64,000 nucleotides of DNA from Azolla caroliniana. Taxonomy: Eukaryota; Plantae; Polypodiophyta. The notes beneath the pieces are model-generated. The model made no database searches, had not been told where the DNA came from, and worked only from the letters and a program-made list of their open reading frames with translations. Location of the stretch: assembly GCA_043228905.1 (NCBI GenBank), contig JBHGNT010000001.1:26412001-26476000 (forward strand), read 5' to 3'. Below, piece after piece: positions 1-14,000 of this stretch. A program made the position numbers and the translations under genes. The first letter of the stretch is position 1; each line of letters begins with the position of its first letter.

Positions 1-1734
1 GAGGTTTGACAACAAAATTAGGAATGCTTGTGTTATTGGTACACATGTTTACTACGTAGGCAATCGAATGCATATGGGGTCGAGAATAAGTAATGGCCAT
101 TTTGCTACCCATTGTCTACTTTCAACCCTTCAAAAAGTACGACTCTCTATCAACCCATCAACATTTACAAAGGATACTAGACTCTAGTTCATCATATTCT
201 TAAACAAGACGTCACATCATAAAGTGTAAACAAGCAAAATCACATCGTCAAGTTGTTGAGATTAACATACTAGAGCACAATGTGAAAGCATTACCTTTTT
301 GCATTCGATGTGACATGAGTTTTGACTTAACCTAAAATAACTACTTCTAATCCACCAAGTTACTATATTAAAATTGCAAACCTCCCTTTGTAAGGGAACA
401 GAGTTATAAAATTTGAGAAGCGTTCCGGCGTTCCGATAGGATAACGACCAAATGTTGCGTAGTCTCAACTCTTCTTAGGCTCAAACCTACATTTTTAAGG
501 GAAGGCTGCACTAATCCAACAAGCAACCAGTGGTTGTGGGCACATACTACAATTTAAGAGAATTAAACAATATTATATATGCAAAGATTATTTAACTTAT
601 GGAATTTGGTGTCCAAAATGCATTACTTCAAGCATTATGTATCTTCCAATTGAGTCATAAATTTTAAATAATCACTTTGGGAGACCTCATTTACCATTGA
701 ACCAAGACACCAAGAAACATGTAAAATGGAAGAAAATTTGTGACATAGAAGAGAATTTGCTACAAAACATGTAAAATGGTTAGTCCTAACTCCTAAGAAT
801 TGGTCCGCATAAATCACTTGGTGAAATGGAAATATTCAATAATGAGTATATGCCAACCCATAAGTAGAGAGATATAACGCAACACATGCACAATTTGACG
901 ATTATTAACAACCGGCATGCCTACACATTTTATATCAGTGTCTCAAGTTTCAACTATTACTTATAAGCCACTCTATATATCACACGTGGAAGCATTGTTC
1001 CATAAATAACATTGGCTAATGCAAAATTGCATCCACATATATAGCCTTGTAACCTTACGGGTAGGGATAGAAAAAACAACCAAGCATGCATAGATGGTTT
1101 TTGATCGATCAAATTGATTCTCCATGTATTGGTTGAAGATTGAGTGCCCAATGCCTTCAGAATTGACAGCCAAAAGCTAAGTGATATAAGAGGGGATCTA
1201 ACAAATCAACATTTTTATTTTTTTTCTTCTTGAAAAATATCCTTTCATTAGTTATGAACAATTATTACAATAAAAACTGACCTACCATCAAGCTAACAAA
1301 TCAACAATTTGGTCAAATTGTAAACATAAAGGCGGTATCTACAACACCACGACAACCCACAAAACCTATAACATAACACACCATACAATAGCCTATCCCA
1401 AAACCCAAAACCGGGAATCCTTTATTCTTTGAGGCATCATACAAATTGACACAAGTGACACACATACGTCATATGAAAGCCAAATATGTGTACACAGATA
1501 ACCATAATTGTTGAATTGATCGAAACCCATTCCAGACAAAACATCAAACTTATTTATCAAAACCTAGAGGAGAGAGAAGGGGGAAGAAGAGGGAGAGGGC
1601 TAAGCTTGGACCCACTCACTCACTCGATCGATCAGATGATGGTTACATAGCCCACCATGCAAACATCCTCATCGCCATTCATACACACATATGTGTACAT
1701 GCATACATATAGGCACACACACACACAATTGCAA

Positions 1735-1765
<31 letters not shown>

Positions 1766-1780
1766 TACAATCGCAAACAT

Positions 1781-4088
1781 GCTCGTGACTAACTACTACC
1801 AAAAATTAAAGAGGGCAAGTGAGGGAATCGCGGGCACGGATGGTGCAGGTCGCTCAGCTGATGGCGCGTGCGATCTCCACCGTCCAATCTGGATAAAAAG
1901 CTGACAACATCTGTCACCAGGAGCCCGACTCTGTCATAAGGAGCCCCGCTGTCTGACAGCCTCTGTCACCAGGAACCCGACTCTGTCAAAAGGAGCCTCG
2001 CTGTCTGACAGCCTCTATCAGCCTCTATCACTAGGAGCCCGACCAATTGTGGGTAGGAGCCTGACTCTCAAAAAAGTAAAGTAATAAAGAATAATATAGC
2101 AATATAATAAAATAAAAATGAATAGGGTATTGGTTAGAGTTATCCCTAAGTTTTGCTAGGTTTATGGTTCAAATCCTTCTTCTTTTTAATTATTTCTCTT
2201 TGGTTTTTTTTTCTTCTTCAATTACTTTCTTTATTAGGGTTTCAACATTTGGTTAGTCACTTTACACTTCATTTACATTTAAGGGTCGTAATAGTGGTAT
2301 TGAATTCTCGTCTTTACAAGTTACAACGTGATGAATTCTTGTCTTTTGCAATTGTAGATCTTTTACCCTATGATCCTTCTAATCTGCATCTTGCCCTTAA
2401 CACTTTTGTTTAAGTAAAATTAGCTCTTACCATTTGGGCTATGTTGATTGTCACTTTAATATGCAACTCACTCATGTTCCAAGTTAAGTTAACTCTCGTA
2501 ATTTTGGCTTTTTCTTGATTCTTTGATTTTATACCATGGAATACTCTACCTATGGATCATGAGCCAAAACAAGAAGAAATGACACATTCACATTTTCAAA
2601 CTCACTCATTCACTCTATTCACAATAGTATGCAACTCACTCATGTTCCATGTAAAGTTAGCTTTCATAATTTGGGCATTTTCTTGGTTCTTTGACTTTCT
2701 ACCATGGAATACTACTACCTATGGATCATCAATCAACACAAGAAGAAATGACACAATAACACATTCACATTTTCAAACTTGTAGGAAGCATTGGACACCA
2801 CTTGGAATTTCCAAGGTTAAATAGACATAGCAAACAACTACTAAAGAGTACAAAAAACAGTGGCACTTATAACATTTCAATTCCACATGAAAGATTCCCT
2901 ATTAGGGTGTAAAAATAAATTTCCATACATACATCCCTATAGAGTACCAGTATCAATATAATACTACCCAATTTTGAATATATACAAGGTATGCATAGAA
3001 AACCTTGTGGATGGTGAATATCATTCTCACATGCTCATCGGATGCAATAAGTATGGTGCCGTACTAGAGAAGCATGATACTCAAATCCCACCAAGAAGGA
3101 TGAGCATATAAGCACATTAATTACCTTCACACAATTTTTAACTACAAAATAGCAAACCCCCTTCACAAGGGATCGCATATATGATGACATGTTTAATTGC
3201 TAAATGGAAAATAAGAATAGATTTTATTATACTCCATTCTCAACTACAATATCTCATGATAATAGGACAAGTTTAGCATGTATTGAACTCATATATTAGT
3301 ATTCTTGTAGGATTGTCTATAAGATTGAATCGTGACCCTTTTTGAGCATTGAATAGAAAATCCTTGGTTTAACACACCCAAGATCCATACAGTAAATCAA
3401 TGGCTATTCATATAAGAACATTGAGATATTACCATGATGGCCTTTTCAGTGCAGCTACATGTATAACATAACAAAGTTGTGATTTATGTTCGCTTCACAA
3501 AGAAATATAACAATGTGAGAAAAAATGAGCAAAAAGGTGTCATATAAAGATGCCCCAATATGTAGTTTTAGTTCATAGATACAAACTTGTGTAAAAAACA
3601 TATACACAAAACATAATGATTTTTGAGGATTTCAAACAGAATTTTCAACATTAACCCTAATTTGAAACTTGAAACTTAATGTCATTGGAGATCTAGTGAC
3701 ATTTTTTATGCATAGAGATTGATAACCTGTGAGACTATATTAACAATATGTTTCAAAATAGGTTCAAAATGAGTGATTCAGGGTTTTTATAATCAGTGCT
3801 CATTAATAATGAGCGGGGCTCCTTTTGACAGAGTCGGGCTCTTGGTGACAGAGGTTGTCAGGTAGCGGGGCTCCCTTTGACAGAGTCAGGCTCCTAGTTA
3901 CAAAGGTTGTCAGACAACGGGGCTCCTAGTTGGGCTCCCCAATAAGTGACGATTTCTTCGCGCGTTTTTTTTTTCCCCACATCAGACGGTGCAAATCGCA
4001 TGTGCCCTCGACTGAGCGACCTGCACCGTTCCTCTCCGTGATTCCCTCACTTGCCCTCTTCAATTTTTGGTGGTATTTAGACACCACG
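1781..4088. mobile_element. Non-autonomous Mutator-like (MULE) DNA transposon, same TIR family as 30162-37751
   Basis: ~110-bp imperfect TIRs (left GCTCGTGACTAACTACTACCAAAAATTAAAGAGGGCAAGTGAGGGAATC; right rev-comp CGTGGTGTCTAAATACCACCAAAAATTGAAGAGGGCAAGTGAGGGAATC). Exact 10-bp TSD TCGCAAACAT at 1771-1780 and 4089-4098. Inverted subterminal GGAGCCCGACTCTGTCA-type repeats at ~1911-2070 and ~3811-3930. No coding ORF. Confidence 0.88.
2461..2779 (+). repeat. Imperfect tandem duplication (~170-bp unit, 2 copies) inside the small MULE
   Basis: ATGCAACTCACTCATGTTCC...ACCATGGAATACT...CACATTCACATTTTCAAACT occurs at ~2461-2601 and ~2629-2779. Confidence 0.75.
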
Positions 4089-4249
4089 TCGCAAACATAC
4101 ATACATACATACATACACATATACACATACATACAGTTGCAAACATACATGCATACATTTGCATGCATACATACATACATATGCATATGTCATCATACTG
4201 TATACATCATCATCATCATCATCATCATCAGCAGCCGCAGCAGCAGCAG
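4089..4249 (+). repeat. (CATA)n microsatellite followed by (CAT)n(CAG)n in the ABIL promoter/5'UTR
   Basis: Read directly. A matching CATA/CA tract lies at ~1680-1770 on the other side of the MULE. Confidence 0.9.
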
Positions 4250-4254
4250 AATAC

Positions 4255-7200
4255 ATGAGTCAGTCGTTGGGGATGATGGAATCCATGGCCACGAAGGAGC
4301 AGCAGAGCTTCTCCTCACCCCACCCCCCCATGACTTATGATGAAGCTTCCATGGAAGGAAGCCGCCATTTCTACATAGCTCTGCAGGTAAATGCTGTACC
4401 GCAATTTCCATTTTTTTTTTTTGGGGGGGGGGGGGGGTAGTTTCCTGTTAGGGTTTCATTTTTAGAGCTGTTCATGTGTGATGCAGTTCTTTTGTTTTCA
4501 AATACTGCTCACATATAATCTAATTCCTGTTCTTTAGTGTTTGTTTAATAGAACTACTATTCTATTTCCATCTTTTAGGGTTTCCATTTATCTGTTACTT
4601 AATGATATTATAAAGACATTTTTTTTGTTTGTTTTTGAGCTTCAGTCTGCTCAGTAATGAGCTCTGGATGTTTTTTTAGGGTTTTATTATTATTATTCAA
4701 GCTCTTAGGGTTTAGTAAAGATTTCCATGGCTATGTCTTTCTAGTGTTAAGCTCGTTAGAGCTATTTATTCAAGAAAATTCATCTTTTATAACTTTCTAG
4801 GTTTTGACTGGAGCTTTTCTTTAGAGTTCGTTAAGAGATTTTCCTTAAGATTCGGTTAAAGCTGTTCAGTACTCAAGAGGGAAATCAGAATGTATTCTGT
4901 TTACGTTTCTAAGGGTTGGCTATAGATTTTCCGTGTTCATTAGAGGATCCAGAATCTACCTTGTTTGAATTTCTAGACTTTGTTTAGAGCTGTATACCCT
5001 GAATTTATCTTGTTTCAGTTTCTTGGGTTTGGCTAGGAAATTTTAGGGATTGTGGAGAGTGTTGCTTTAGGGTTTGGTTAGAAATCTTCAGTTTTAAACA
5101 GGATACATGATTCATAGTATAGTTTGTTTAAGTTTCTAAGGTTTAGATGGAAGTTGTTAACATTGATCAAGCTATAGAATTCCAAATGAATATTTCTGTA
5201 AGTTTTTAATGTTTGATTTAGAGCCTGTCAGTGTCCACCAGTCACAGAAAATGCAGAATGTAGAATTTCTAGGGTGTGGTTTGATGTTGTCAGTGTTAAT
5301 GAAGACACAGAATGTAGGTTTTGGATCCATGGTTAATCAAAATGCATATTCAGAGGGTATCTTCTTTTGATTTCTCAGGTTTGGGTAGAGCTCATCAATG
5401 TTAATCAAGAGATAGTTTGTAAAATATGTTTTTCTTAAAGTTTCTATGGTTTGGTTAGAGCGTGTAGTGTTAATCAAGACACAGAATGCAGCTGCAGGAT
5501 GTATCTTGTTTAAGTTGCTCGGTTTGGGACGATCTTGTGAATGTTAATCAAGACACAATGCAGAAAGTATTTTCTTTTTGGGTTTGGTTAGAGCTATATT
5601 TCGGTGGATTTGATTAGAAGAGCTCCATAAATATTTTAGTAGAGTGTTTTTTAGATTCCTATCTGGTTTCAGAATTTACCTTCTCTCTGTTTCCAATTTG
5701 TGGCTCAAAATCTATAGAACTGAAGTTTAATGCTCTATATCTTTTAGTGTTCAAGCTAAGAAAGAATTCACCAGATCCCATACTATAGCATTCTTTGTTG
5801 TGGCTTTAGTCAATTCATGGTGTTATGTCAGGAGCTTAAAAGTCTGCAACCACAACTCTATTCTGCAGCTGAGTATTGCGAATCTTCATACCTATTCAAT
5901 GATCAGAAACAAGTGTAAGGTTCACTTTCCTCTCATTATGTCCATTATTCAGACTTATCACTCTGTATATATCAAGAAGGTCTTCTTATTATTAATCATG
6001 TAGGGTACTAGAAAACCTAAAAGATTATGCAGTGAAGGCTCTTGTGAATGCGGTAGATCACCTGGGAACTGTTGCATATAAGCTTGATGAGGTTCTTTCT
6101 CAACAAATTAGCGAGATATCTTCAGTTGAAATCCGAGTTTCTGGTCTTGCACAGGTAGCATTGTCTTAAAGATTTGTTCAGAAAACAAAGAGAAGAAAAA
6201 ACGTGTATGTTTTGAGTCATATCTTATTAAATACTTGTAGATCATTTTGAGCTTGCACAATCTTATACACATTTTGGAACGATGATATGATATTCGTTTG
6301 TATTGTAAGCTCCTAAGCTCTTGTGTGATGGTGTTAGATATAGAAACTACACATTCAATTTTTGTGCAAAAAGCCAAGAGGTGAAAATACCTCTATTCAT
6401 GGAGTTACTATATTTTTGAATGCTTAATTTAGATACTTTTCATGTACACTTGATCTTATACACATTTTTCAAGTACGATATGCTGTTTTCATCGTGCTAT
6501 ATGTAGAGGGCACACCTTCAAGGGTAAAATACTGCATGTATGCATTATCATATACACATTTAGCAAGGATGATATGATGTTTTATTTTTACTGTAAGATC
6601 CTAAGCTCTTGTCTGGATTCTGGTATCAATTGTAGAGAGTGCGCACATGCCAAGAACACAAAAGCTTTGAAGTACTTTCTCATCAGCGGCCTCCCAGAGC
6701 TAATCGGAGATATCACAAGCACTATCTTCTCCCAGGTACATCTTTCTCACAGTGATTGATTGTGGGGGATGAAAAAGCGTAGACACAAATGTTTATTCCA
6801 AACATTATATGCTTTTTAGCGTACATATAATCAATACCTTTATGGATTCAATTACACTGTAGAAAGTTCATTAGCTTGTGGATGACCCATTGATGACTCA
6901 CAGTCTGAATTTCTGTGGTCTACATATAGAGATAGGGTTAATTTGTTATAAAGTTCTAGCTGGTCTATTGTGTCCTTGCTATTTTCATTTTGAGCTCCTC
7001 AGTCTCTTGTGCAAGGATATTACTCTTTCTTGAATGTACAACTCTCAATTCTGAGGTATGTATTTATTGCTTCTCTCATTGTATTAAAAGCCGTAGAAGT
7101 TCCACACACCAGATGATGAACCTCGGCCTCTTTTTCTTGTAAAATATCCAAATTATGCTTTGATTACTTCTTAATTATGTTAATGAATTGTTGATTTCTT

Positions 7201-8399
7201 TACAATATGACATTAGATGATAAGCCAAAATACAAAGAACAACCAAAGGAAAACATGGAAGGGCGAAAAAGCGAATCTGAGATTTCAGAACCACAGAATG
7301 GTATATATAAACATACTCCTGTATTTGATGTGTGGACAAAGCATAAGCATGAGAATCTTTGATATTTTCATCTATGCAACTGTATTGTGTTTATTGAATG
7401 CATTTTACATGGCAGTCATGGAAGAGGCTGGAAAGACTTTGTCATGGCATTTAGCAACTGAACCCCCAATTACTATAAAAGCGACAAGGGAGATGCTACA
7501 AGATACAACAAACAGGTGGGGTCAGTTCATATGCATCTGAGGAATAGATATTGTTGTGCAAGTAGCTTAGAAGATAAATTTTTTTCTTTTTCCTTTTCTG
7601 AATCAATCACTTAAATACTGATTCAAAACTGGTTTCCATCATTGACCAGTGCTTCTGAAAGTCCAACTTCAGGTGATTCAATCAGGCTTCATTCACCTTA
7701 TTGATGATGCATCATTATGTTTTATGTATTTGTTGTTTTTTATGATAATTTATGCACAATTGTTTAAATCATTTATTTCAGATGATATATCACCATTCCC
7801 AGCTGATCGACCAGGACATACTGACCAGGTTCTCTCGCTCTCTCTCTCTCTCACACACATGCACGTACACACACCATGTTCTCTAAATTGCAAAGCTCAG
7901 TAGTAAAATTCTTGACTATTGAGATTCACATATCAACTGCATGGATATTTTACATGAGAATGTTTCACGTTCGTTCCATATTGAAATCTATGTCAAGATG
8001 AATATCTAAGGATAAGTTTTAAATGGTGGGTTCCTGGAAGGATTTGGAAGTTTTCTAGACTGCTTGTTAAATAAGTGAAACAGACTGGTTATTGAATCCC
8101 TTAGCCTATGAAGAATGGAAGAGCTAATTTTTATGGGATGTTAAAAGCTTTGCTATGTAATTGCTAAAACATTAAGCTTTTGTACTGTTGATTCCATTTA
8201 AAGAAAACATGATGATTGTTTGCTACTCATTTTTAATCTGTAGGCTTCTGCGTTTGATGGTCTAAAAAAGCCTTTAGCATCACAATCTTCATTTAATGAT
8301 AAGTCATCAGGCAGCCCAAAACAAGCGCAGCATGTACCAACTCGAAGCAAAAGCTTACTTTCATCCCTGCTCCGGAGGAAACGTAGTGGGAAGTCATAA
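4255..8399 (+). CDS. ABIL: ABL-interactor-like protein (ABIL/ABI subunit of the SCAR/WAVE complex), 9 exons: 4255-4386, 5832-5914, 6004-6154, 6636-6735, 7217-7300, 7416-7515, 7650-7672, 7782-7828, 8244-8399
   Basis: Spliced translation with GT-AG introns and consistent phases: MTYDEASMEGSRHFYIALQ/ELKSLQPQLYSAAEYCESSYLFNDQKQV/VLENLKDYAVKALVNAVDHLGTVAYKL...RYHKHYLLP...KTLSWHLATE...PTRSKSLLSSLLRRKRSGKS*. These are hallmark plant ABIL motifs. The start ATG could be one of several nearby. Confidence 0.92.
4700..5620 (+). repeat. Degenerate tandem repeat array in ABIL intron 1
   Basis: Recurrent TTTCTAGGGTTTGGTTAGAGC and GTGTTAATCAAGACACAGAATG-like words at roughly 60-70 bp spacing. Confidence 0.55.
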
Positions 8400-9753
8400 G
8401 AGTGAGCCTGACGAGCGTTGAATTCATAATTTCAACATTTGTTATTTCATGTATAATTGAATGTTCGTACCTTTCCATTGGTCCTCTCTTGCTAATGATT
8501 ACCCTATAAATCATCACATCCACCACAGATGTATTCTGCAACCATTGTACTATTTTTCTAAAACATTTTATCTTGAATTAGAAATTAAGAATCTTATTGG
8601 ATTTCTTGCATGGCTTGTTTTTGCCATTATTGACCTAGAAAAAACTTGAAATCAAAAGATGTCAGCCTACTGATGTTATTAGGCAACCATTGTAGTTAAA
8701 TAAAGAATCTAAGAACGTTACTTCCTCTTATGAAAGAATAATACATATTTTTTTGAGGGACTTATTTTGGTTACAAGAGACGTGTAATATCTTTAAGGGC
8801 ACTTAAGTGGGATTCCAAGTAGTCAATAATGTAATTGGTGTCATATCTCTAATCTTATAGTTTGCTTACGAATATCATCTCTAATATAAGCATTAAATTT
8901 TACTCTTTATAAAAATCCAGGCTTGCTGATACTTTCTATGAAAAACATAACTTTGACCTCTTACATACAAATGAGATGGAGATAGCTTCCGTATGCATAC
9001 TAGAAATGATTGGAACAAAGAGGTTCTAGGCATGAAGGTTTAATATTAATTGCCTAAAACAGTTTGAGGTCTGGAAATTAGTAAGTAAATCTGATACGGA
9101 CGTTTTGCTTTGGACCCAATTTAAGTGTCAAACCTGGACGTTTTGCTTGTATTTCAGTTTGGAAAATTTTCCCTTCAATCACAATATATTATATATATGC
9201 TCTTGAAAGATTTGATTAAAAATTTAAACCCTCTCTAGATGGAAAACTTTCCCATTAAATTCAAGAAATGTTACTATCCTGAATGAATGTTTACCTTTTT
9301 TTTTAAATAATCTTGATTTGAGTGATTGAAGTTTGTCAGGTTTAGTGCTCAAATATACAGATCATTTCTACACATTCTTAATAAATAGTAAAGATAATAT
9401 CCAACTTAAACTGTGATGAAAGCTTCTTTACCAATAAATATTTCTTTATAGCATATATTGAGTATCGTATGTTCTTACAAATGTTACAAATTATGCGACT
9501 CCACCAAAAACCAAGAATTTTCTTAAATAAACTCGAAGACTAGATTGACCTATCTCTGATTCCAAAATGAGTGGTCCAAGGTAGTTTTCATTAGACCCTG
9601 CAAGTAATGAAACAGATATTTGAATTGCATTTCCGTAATTACATATCTATATCAATCTTACCAAACTTTACCTAAACTGTAAAACCATTTCACTTGATAT
9701 GCTTTTAAAAACACCAAGCTGGACCATTTAGAAGTCCTGCATTTCGATCTTTA

Positions 9754-10977
9754 TCATGTAAGTATAAAATAGAGTAGACAAAATACAATTTGGGTAGTAA
9801 AATTCTTACAACATTGTAGCCATGCCTCGATCTCATTTATTTCCTTAGGAATTGAAGCCGTAAGTACCTGTAAATGTATGTGACAATATACATGGTTATT
9901 GAAGCTGAAGAAGGTATAGAACATCTTTGAACACAAATATACTTTTTGGAGAAACCAGACTTTACAAGAGAAATCTCATCATCTATATCTACTTCTGTCA
10001 TTAGAGGTATTTATAAACAACAATCCATCAAATCAAAAGTAGCTAAACAATATAGAGATACAGCAATAGGTTATTATCAGCATAGTGGCAGCAAGTGATA
10101 GAAGCAGTGAAGCGAGTTATATATAGAGGTATGCAGTACAGCAGCAGCACTGTAAATGCAGCTCAGAAAAGTAAAACATTAAATAAGTTACTGATACCAC
10201 TTTGACAAAATGCAAAAGGAGCTTCTATTTTGATGTCACAAAGAGTATAAGGAATCATTCATAAAACGCAGCATGTATCTGGGCTGCATACTAACACAGT
10301 TAAGGTCTGGGGTTGGATATTTTGAGGATAATTTGTACTTCAAATATATAATAATGTTTATAGAATGGGAACGAACTCCAAATACCAACAAGGTTTTCTT
10401 TATAACCAAAATGCCCTTACTCTTTCAAATGCAAATCGTCAACACCTAAAAGACTGAAAAAGAGGATGAATTGACCATACAATTGCTCAAATAGCACTTA
10501 TACTTGACAATGGGGCCTGAAATGACAAGATAATTGCTCAAATAGCACATATAATTAATAAAGACAGGGTTCACCAAGGGTATTTCAGAATTAACACAAA
10601 ATAGGGGCACCAAGCAAAGGAAAGAAAACTTGGGGTATTTTGCTGGTTTTCCCTACACTAGACATGGGGTAATATCAACTCTAGCCCCTGTAGTTTAAAA
10701 GATATCAGGAATAACCCATTCATAGCTTAAACAATCAGTATACCCTATATTCAAAAAGCTTCAAAATATGCATTTTCCCCTTCTACTTGGCTATATACAT
10801 CTACAAAAAAATATCAATTTCCACATCAAAGAATCTGTGACATGTGAATAACAACAAACCTCATTTCCTGTTTCTGTGATTAGGACTTCATCCTCAATCC
10901 TCACCCCAATTCCTTGAAAACTGCATTGAAAGAAATTATTTACCACATTAACCATGCCATTTTGAAATACTCCATAG

Positions 10978-11026
<49 letters not shown>

Positions 11027-14000
11027 CAACTGGTAGAAAAATAGAATACTCTGGCCTAGGCACAATAAGATATTTTAACTACAAAAGCGTCATCAATGAG
11101 CTCAAGTGTTAAGAGTCAAACTCTAATCCCATCAAAATCAAACATGTAGTAGGCCAACTAAATCTCTTCCCATACGAATTCTCAGTCTGCGATGCTCAAC
11201 CCACTCCCATGTATCCCTATATCTCTGAAACTACTCTGATAGAATGCATAGACAATTATATAACCTCAAAACCATGTGAATAAGAATAGAGTTCCTCTTC
11301 CTTATTGTGAACTGGGAACATGTAAGTAAGGACACTTAGTTCCATATTCTACTCTGCTTAAGGTTGATTAGCAGTAAGGACATTTAGTTCCATGTAAGAT
11401 AGCACAGAACCTGATTTTTTATTATTTTAATTCAGTAATCACAATCGGCAATTTCTTTCTTAACACTGCATTATTCTTATTATTTGAAAATTCAGTTGTA
11501 CCTAGTTGCTCTGAATCAATTGGCCAACAAGAAACTTCATTATATCATCACATCTCAACACTTTTATAATCATCTGACAAATAGCAGAGCCTTGTACCAT
11601 ACCATTTTGGAAATTCATCGGATACAGGTATATACAGACCAGGCTCAATTGTCAGCACCTGCATAAGAATAATATGTATCATTAATTCACACATATAAAT
11701 CAGATATAGAAATTATACCTAAAATTTACAGTTCTCAAGTTATTAATCAAATGTTACATCATTGACGTTCCCTGCATAACCCCCAATAATTCTACACCAA
11801 AGATAAATGTACAGCAAGGTAGGTAATATTGATATCACACAGTGCTCAAGGCCAGCAGCTCTCATGTACATCATGGCATTGAGGAGTAGCTAAAATCTCA
11901 AATTGGTAAGCCACAACCAATTACGTTATATGGTAGTAACATAATCAGACCACCTTCTTTTGCAAAGGAACTGCCCTACACGAGGTAGAGAGATGAAACC
12001 CCTCGGAATGGTCTTTTTCCCAGAGCCCACTCCTAGGAACTCAGTGTGCATTTTAAATGTGGGATTCTTCAGGCAGATACAAACCTCCATATTCATACTT
12101 CCACATTTACATGATTTAGCACAGGATGAAACATCAATGTCACTGTTCACAATGCTGCCCATTCACCAAAATAGGAGAAATCGTATCACATAAAAAGTGA
12201 CCTATAAACCACAAATGATTTATAGGCTGTAATATATGTTATAGTGTCCCTCTTCAACAGTTCTGCTATTACACAGAAATTGTCAGTCAATGAAAGAAAC
12301 TTACAATATCTGCACTAGCACAAAAACAGACCTTCATATCAAGACATCAAGATAATTTGGAATCGTGATCATACCACTCCAGGAACGAGCTGGCGGTCCT
12401 CTCGAATTCCTTTGCAATCATGAACGTCCATGCCAAGATAGTGTCCTAGAAGTTTAAGGTAAGAATTAGATTCCACAATAACACCGAGTAGCTTGGCCAA
12501 AAGGAATCTTGAATAACAGATGCCAAATATTGCCTAAATGAATGCATTGTTACATAAGAACCTCGAAGTACTAAAGAACAAAGAATGAATTTTAAGAGTA
12601 AGCATGCCTCACAAACAAAAAGCATTCTGCAATTGTACGCATACAATATCCTGTAGCAAGAAGAACCACAAAAACCTTCTATAGATCTAACTTTGAATTT
12701 AGCTTTCACATTGAGGGAGTGGACACTCCACGCCTGCAGGGATGCACTCTTTTTAAAGTAAGTTTGATGTTACATTGCCAAAATGCAGAGAAAAATGGGT
12801 GAATCACTGGTACAGTGAGGTGCAACCAAAAATACTAGGAACTATGGTAAAAGATGTAGAAGTCATCAATGACTCCAAATTCTTACAAATAAATAAATAA
12901 GCGTGAAAGAGCCTACCTTAATAGATCATCAAATTAGGGAAAAATACACGTGTACAAAAAATACTAGACTATTAAAACCACGATGAGTAAAACCAGGAGA
13001 AAATAATTGTATATACACATGGTCGAATTTAGACATATGTATGGATCAGACACCAAGGTCGATATGTGGTACAAAGTGATACAAACATAAAATATGGAAA
13101 AAATTTATTTATTACGCCCAAGTAGGAGACAATTATACGTACCAACACTAGTCGGGTTGATCTTTCCATAGTCTTCCTGTTTCTGTATAATACCAAGTTC
13201 TCTGGCAGCTTTGCATAGCTTATCTGTCTAGGAAATAAAGAACCAAGTTTACATTTCCATCTCTCCCTTTCCCCTTCCATCTTTCCCACTCATGTAATGA
13301 TTAATCGCATTTTCTTTTTCACGAGGGTCCGCTGTATCAGACACTTATTAACTATTACATAGACACAATGTTTTGAACTAAAACATTTTTCTCTGAACAA
13401 TAATGCATACAAACAGGATTTGCCAATCTAGAAATGATGTCAATTAACCATGGCCTCCAATCTGAGGCTCAGTTTGGAATACATGCATAGACATGAACCC
13501 TGGTCAGCAAAGTCGGGCCAAAAAACTGAAATTATGAAATATTTTGGTAAAAGCAGCACAAATAATTGGTAGGAATGTGCTTTACTTGCCCCCTATCATA
13601 TGTAAAATAATCCATCTTGACCTACCCCGCCTGAACAAACATTGAAGATACAACTTCTTCACTGTTTGATAAAATGAATGAAGTTGTCAAAAGATTGCGT
13701 CATTAAAAAACTACAAGACCAAGAAGTATTTTATGATAGATGTCCTACATTGAGCAATATTTACAGATTTGCATTAGAAAAAAAATCTCAATGTGGCAGA
13801 TCTTTGAGCTCCACGAATAGCAACCTTTAGATATCTCTATATATTTTTGTATCATATGTATGTGCATTAAGGAGACCTATTTGCATAACTTTCCAATTAA
13901 TTTCAGTCATTGTTAGAAATTAGTAATATTTTTTAATACAACAAAAACAGCTTGTAAACTCAATCACGAGGAAATGGTAGACTTTTGGAGCAAGGACACT

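Noticed and set aside
1-1680. Possible divergent minus-strand gene start (GA-rich tract at 1565-1600) and short ORFs
   Set aside because: No recognisable coding exon. It may be a UTR or intron but cannot be supported from this window.
3926-4440. Poly-His, poly-Ser and poly-Met ORFs
   Set aside because: They are translations of (CATA)n and (CAT)n microsatellites. Only the part from 4255 matches ABIL.
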